Source: Candidatus Heimdallarchaeota archaeon (lineage in GTDB: Archaea; Asgardarchaeota; Heimdallarchaeia; Heimdallarchaeales; Heimdallarchaeaceae). From it: DNA of 64,000 bases. Under the pieces are notes generated by a model. The model searched no databases, was not told the origin of the DNA, and saw only the letters and a program-made list of their open reading frames with translations. Where the stretch lies: the NCBI GenBank assembly GCA_021399345.1, contig JAAFKI010000112.1, positions 128,001 through 192,000 on the forward strand. Direction: 5' to 3'. Below are positions 59,547 to 64,000 of this stretch, one piece after another. The position numbers and the translations under genes were made by a program. How positions within the stretch are numbered: the first letter of the stretch is position 1; every line of letters starts with the position of its first letter.

Positions 59547-60227
59547 TTAGCCATAATTCCCAGTTAAAGGTACAAATGCAACTCCACCCATTTTTTTCTC
59601 CGAATATTTGTCTTCAGATTCTCTTTTTATTATAACCAGTTCTTGGTAAAATGTTCTTCCAAGAGGTAAAACGAGAATCCCACCTACTTTCAGCTGCTCT
59701 AACAAAGGAGGAGGTACTCTTTTACTAGCCGCTGCAACAGAAATAATATCATAAGGAGCTTCTTCGAGATAACCCAAACCACCGTCTGATTGAATAATTG
59801 TTACAAGATCAGAATAACCTGTTGTTTCAATGTTTTTCTTAGCAAACTCAGCAAGTTCAGGAATTATCTCACTAGCATAAACATGACCAGGATTAGAAGA
59901 ACTTTGCGGAGCAACCATTTCTGCGAACATTGCAGCATTATATCCACTTCCAGCCCCAACTTCAAGGATTTTATCTCCAATTTTTGGATCAGTACATTTA
60001 GGAGAAATATAAATCATAACCATGTGGATTGCGCTAATTGTTTGCCCTGATAGAATAGGTAGGGGTGTGTCCACGTAAGCTCTGTTTCTATGTTTCTCTA
60101 ATACAAATTCTTCCCGAGGAACATTCATGAAAGCATCTATCATCCCATTTGTGAGAGAAATATCGTGAAAACGAAGTTTAGAAAGAACCTTTTTCTTCTC
60201 TTCGATTATGTTTTCATCAACTGTCAT
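59547..60227 (-). CDS. pcm: Protein-L-isoaspartate O-methyltransferase
   Basis: VPREEFV, AYVDTPL, QTISAIHMV, LEVGAGSGY, APYD, QLKVGG, FVPL; likely start MTVD at 60227. Confidence 0.92.
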   Translation of the reverse strand: MTVDENIIEEKKKVLSKLRFHDISLTNGMIDAFMNVPREEFVLEKHRNRAYVDTPLPILSGQTISAIHMVMIYISPKCTDPKIGDKILEVGAGSGYNAAMFAEMVAPQSSSNPGHVYASEIIPELAEFAKKNIETTGYSDLVTIIQSDGGLGYLEEAPYDIISVAAASKRVPPPLLEQLKVGGILVLPLGRTFYQELVIIKRESEDKYSEKKMGGVAFVPLTGNYG

Positions 60228-60461
60228 TAGAAACAACATGTGCAATGATTCGACTAATTTATAGAAATTTTTGACCTTAATGTATATTTTGGTGAATTGT
60301 TTTTTAACATTTAACAAACTATAAGAACTAACCAGAAAAACATTTCTTGATACTGAAAACTATCATAAGTTTTTAAAAATGATTCATAATATGTATATAA
60401 TAGAATTAATATCTTTAAAGAAGATTAATTAAATTGGTACCGAATTAAAGGAGAATATCGA

Positions 60462-60761
60462 ATGATATCACAAAAACAATTTGAAGAGACTTTAAAATCC
60501 TTAGAGTCGCATCCGGGAGTAAGAGGAGTAATAATCACTAGTAATGATGGACTGCCAATTTCTAGCACACAAAATCTTAGCATGGAAATGAGAGAAAATG
60601 TGTCAGCTCTAGTTGCATCACTTGTAGGTAGGGCAAAGGCAGTTGTTACTGAGCTGAATGAAGGAGAATTGAATTTCTTCACCCTAGATACAAGTCACGG
60701 AGAAATTTTAGTTGCTCCTGAAAATGATTATGTTCTAATTGTATTGAGAGAAAAAAGTTAA
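60462..60761 (+). CDS. Roadblock/LC7 protein (DYNLRB-like, in MglB position)
   Basis: [26 protein letters not shown]...[15 protein letters not shown]. Confidence 0.9.
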   Translation: MISQKQFEETLKSLESHPGVRGVIITSNDGLPISSTQNLSMEMRENVSALVASLVGRAKAVVTELNEGELNFFTLDTSHGEILVAPENDYVLIVLREKS

Positions 60762-60808
60762 GAAGGCCTTAAACACGGAGACATTATTGGAAAGTTGATG
60801 AGGAAAAG

Positions 60809-61375
60809 ATGAGAAAAGACGCATCAGGAAAAATGCATTTTAAGTTGGTCTTTGTAGGACCTAGCTTAGCTGGCAAGACTACACTACTGAAGAAACTTCA
60901 CACCGATGTTACAGGGATAAAGAAGGGGGGACTGAATAGCATAGAAGATCCATCAGGAAGAACTATCTATTTTGATTTCAGTCCTTTTATGGCAACATCT
61001 TCAGTGATACTAGACATATACACAGTAGCAGGACAAAGAAGACATAGACATCAAAGGTCTCTAGTGTTAAAGGGAGTGGATGGATTGCTATTTGTAGCAG
61101 ACTCATCCCGAGCAATGTTAGCGGATAATGTAGAATCTGCTGAGGAACTGAAAAATGAACTAGGAGATAAAATTGGTACAGAAACGCCCATTGTTATTGC
61201 ACTGAACAAGAGAGATGCCCCTGATGCAATGCCAAAAAAAGAATTGGTAGATGCTCTTAATTTGGGAGCAAATATACCTGTTTATGAAACAATAGCTATT
61301 GAAGGTATTGGAGTAAAAAGAGCATTTCAATCTCTATCTAGAGAAGTTCTTCTCAAAAAATTATACGCGGTTTAA
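60809..61375 (+). CDS. MglA-family small GTPase
   Basis: KLVFVGPSLAGKTT, RTIYFDF, YTVAGQ, LVLKGVDGLLFVADS, NKRD. Confidence 0.85.
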   Translation: MRKDASGKMHFKLVFVGPSLAGKTTLLKKLHTDVTGIKKGGLNSIEDPSGRTIYFDFSPFMATSSVILDIYTVAGQRRHRHQRSLVLKGVDGLLFVADSSRAMLADNVESAEELKNELGDKIGTETPIVIALNKRDAPDAMPKKELVDALNLGANIPVYETIAIEGIGVKRAFQSLSREVLLKKLYAV

Positions 61376-61401
61376 TCAAGAAAGGGAGAGGATATTTCCA
61401 C

Positions 61402-62118
61402 TTATTGTTTACCTGGCAACAAGAGGATATGATCAATGTTTGAGGTTTCATCTTGGTCAATAATGAAACGCACTGCTTTTGCAACATCTTCAACCGCTAA
61501 CATTTTGGTTCTATCAACTTCTTTTCCATCAAACCAAGGGGTGTCAACTGAACCAGGGTTAATAGTAGCTGCTTTTACTCTAGTACCCTTTAGTTCATCT
61601 CTTAAACACCAAACCATAGCTTGTACAGCATGTTTAGTTCCAGCATAAAGACTACATCTAGCACCCGTTTTCATACCTAAATTGGATGAAGTTACAATTA
61701 CATGACCGCTATTTTGTTCTTTTAATAGTGGTAATACTTTGTTAATCCAAAGGAAAACTCCTCGAACATTTGTATTAAATTGAGCATCATATTGCTTAAT
61801 TGTTAAATCTTCTAAATTGCCAAAGTAACCAACACCAGCATTAGCAAAAAGAACATCTACACCACCTAACTTCTTTTTTACATCTTGAAAATGACTTTCT
61901 ACATCTGCTTCAACACCTACATCACCTACACCATAATGTGCATCACACCCTAGTGAGTTTAACTTACTACATATTTGTTGAAGTCTTTCTTCATTACGAC
62001 CAGTTAAATAAAAACGGTGACCACTTTTTGCCATTTCTAATGCTGCGGCCCCACCAATACCGCTAGAACCTCCGGTGATAATTACACGTAATGATTTTTG
62101 CTCTTTAGTGTCATTCAT
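61402..62118 (-). CDS. Short-chain dehydrogenase/reductase
   Basis: TGGSSGIG, NAG, YAGTK, INPG. Confidence 0.92.
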   Translation of the reverse strand: MNDTKEQKSLRVIITGGSSGIGGAAALEMAKSGHRFYLTGRNEERLQQICSKLNSLGCDAHYGVGDVGVEADVESHFQDVKKKLGGVDVLFANAGVGYFGNLEDLTIKQYDAQFNTNVRGVFLWINKVLPLLKEQNSGHVIVTSSNLGMKTGARCSLYAGTKHAVQAMVWCLRDELKGTRVKAATINPGSVDTPWFDGKEVDRTKMLAVEDVAKAVRFIIDQDETSNIDHILLLPGKQ

Positions 62119-62253
62119 GAAAAGAAATTTCAGCTATAGTTAATATTCTTTTACATTAATCATTAACATATATTCTCTCCACTTCAAACGATTCAAAACA
62201 GTTATTACATTATTGATTCATTTTAACCTATAATATATACAGTTGGTATAATA

Positions 62254-63597
62254 GTGGATTTTGAAACAAAATCATTTCTCTATTTCTTTATTGCATGCAG
62301 AAGGCGTATAAAATCAATGTCTAAAGAGAAACTTGAGAAATATCAATTAAAGAAATCTCAAAATATTGTTCAATACGCTACAAATAATTCAGATTTTTTC
62401 AAAGAATACTACAGAAAGTTAGATTCAAAAGATGTCTGGAATCTCCCTACTGTCGATAAAAAAATAATGATGGAAAATTTAACCAATTATAACACAGTTG
62501 GTTTAAAAAAACAGGAATTAATTGATTTTTGTTTAAGGAATGAAGAAACTCAGAATTTTGATGAACGATATGGAAAGTACAATGTTGCAATGTCTTCGGG
62601 AACAAGCGGTAACAAGGGGGTTGTTATCACTAGTCCTTCTGAGGAAAGATATTTACGCGCTGCGTTTTTTTCACGTTTTAGTTTTCCTCGAACTTTGCGA
62701 TTGAATATTGCATTTATCCTACGTGTGACAACTCCTGCTTTTCAGATTGACAAATTCGGACAAAAACTTACTCACATTAGTCAGTTAAACACAATTGATA
62801 AAATAAAACATCAATTACAAGAACTTCAACCAAACGTGCTTTCAGCTCCTCCTTCAATGCTTGAAATGCTTGCAAACGAGATAAACGAAGGTAGATTGAA
62901 TATCTCCCCCAAGAGAGTAATTTCTTATGCTGAAATACTCTATCCAGAAACCGAAGAAAAGCTTGAACAAATATATGGTAGTAAAATTCATCAAATATAT
63001 CAAGCAAGTGAGGGATCAATAGCTATGTCTTGTAAACATGGTTCTTTACACATTAATGAGGATTTGATATATGTTCAGACCTTAAATTCAGATGGAACAC
63101 CAACACCCCCAGGAGAACCTTGTTATAAAATGATAATCACTGATTTGCATCGAACCGCACAACCAATAATTCGCTATGAATTAAACGACTTGATCATAAC
63201 AAGCCCATATAAATGTGAGTGTGGTTCTTCATTTAGAGTGATTGAGCAAGTTCTAGGTAGATCAGATGATTTGTTTTGGGCAAAAAGAAATGATAATGGT
63301 GAGATGCAATTTATCTTTCCTGACTACATTAGACGTGCTATTATTAGCAGCTCTGAGGAAATCGAAGAATATCAAGCTATTCAGAAAAACTATAGTAAAG
63401 TTGTAATTCATATTATTTCAAAAACTAATGCAGATAAAGGAACTATTTCAAAGTGTATAGAAGAGAAAATCCAACAGGTGTTTGGAAAACATAATTGTAA
63501 AACACCAAAAATTGAAGTTGTTTTTAAAACAAAATTGGAAAGAGATGTCTCTCAAAAGATAATCCGAATCTCTAGAGATTTTGATGTTCCCTTCTAG
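62254..63597 (+). CDS. Adenylate-forming enzyme of the PaaK/F390-synthetase-related group
   Basis: SSGTSGNKG, IYQASEG, LHINED, ITDL..QPIIRYELND, GRSDD. Confidence 0.8.
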   Translation: MDFETKSFLYFFIACRRRIKSMSKEKLEKYQLKKSQNIVQYATNNSDFFKEYYRKLDSKDVWNLPTVDKKIMMENLTNYNTVGLKKQELIDFCLRNEETQNFDERYGKYNVAMSSGTSGNKGVVITSPSEERYLRAAFFSRFSFPRTLRLNIAFILRVTTPAFQIDKFGQKLTHISQLNTIDKIKHQLQELQPNVLSAPPSMLEMLANEINEGRLNISPKRVISYAEILYPETEEKLEQIYGSKIHQIYQASEGSIAMSCKHGSLHINEDLIYVQTLNSDGTPTPPGEPCYKMIITDLHRTAQPIIRYELNDLIITSPYKCECGSSFRVIEQVLGRSDDLFWAKRNDNGEMQFIFPDYIRRAIISSSEEIEEYQAIQKNYSKVVIHIISKTNADKGTISKCIEEKIQQVFGKHNCKTPKIEVVFKTKLERDVSQKIIRISRDFDVPF

Positions 63598-63701
63598 AAT
63601 GAATTCATTTGAAATCTAACTATTTGTCTTATGTAAACAATTTTACCATTTAATAGTCAAAATCTGCGAATATTATTCAATCACCGATATACTTTCTTTT
63701 T

Positions 63702-63998
63702 TTATTTTGCTAAATTTTCTAGAAGATAAAGGCTTGTTTTAACTCCCTTTACAAACCATTCCACCATCATATTTTCATTTGGAGCATGATTATCTTCGTC
63801 TGGCTGTGCATATGGTATAATGTACATTGGTTTCTTTGTTGCTTTGTATAGTGAATACAAAGGTAAGCTTCCACCTGCCAGAGGAATCAGCAAGGGTTTT
63901 TCTCCAAATCCTTTCTGAATAGAACGCTCAAGAATTTCTGTCCAAGGAAGTCCAATTGGTGTAAACATGGGATAAAAACTTGTTTCAGATTTGAAGGA
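63702..63998 (-). CDS. M20 dipeptidase-like protein, C-terminal part (runs off the window)
   Basis: GGSLP and NHAPNEN motifs; frame is open to the window edge. Confidence 0.75.
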   Translation of the reverse strand, partial: SFKSETSFYPMFTPIGLPWTEILERSIQKGFGEKPLLIPLAGGSLPLYSLYKATKKPMYIIPYAQPDEDNHAPNENMMVEWFVKGVKTSLYLLENLAK

Positions 63999-64000
63999 AC

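Noticed and set aside
60228-60317. N-terminal extensions given by the ORF track (pcm; also 26445-26507, 22560-22595, 56805-56879)
   Set aside because: Downstream ATGs fit family N-termini and/or SD position better; the extensions run through AT-rich promoter DNA or overlap neighbouring genes.
62254-63597. Bona fide coenzyme F390 synthetase
   Set aside because: The motifs only place it in the broad PaaK/F390-related adenylate-forming group and it is not adjacent to cof genes, so the substrate cannot be assigned.

Overview
AT-rich, gene-dense archaeal chromosomal window, very probably from an Asgard archaeon (Heimdallarchaeia-like). The basis is archaeal Fen1, CDC48, ThyX and Trm11-type genes with GGTGA Shine-Dalgarno motifs, together with four small GTPases (two Rab-like, one degenerate, one MglA-like), a longin-like protein, a dynein-light-chain-type roadblock protein, a SNAP/TPR-like protein and a divergent EF-2 homologue. 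Metabolic content centres on F420 (amidohydrolase-rib7-cofG-cofH operon; cofE; FrhB/FpoF-like subunit). The largest structure is a pair of co-oriented 7-gene MoxR/DUF58/DUF4350/DUF4129 membrane-system operons (24.9-37.7 kb and 38.9-46.8 kb) separated only by thyX. One is headed by a transglutaminase-like protein that appears to have lost its whole catalytic triad, the other by a PrsW-type intramembrane protease with zinc ribbons. Other notable items are a circularly permuted family-5 solute-binding protein, a CBS-HPF (Hib-like) ribosome hibernation factor and a tnpB remnant. I saw no rRNA, tRNA or CRISPR array. All family calls come from motif recognition by eye, not from database searches.
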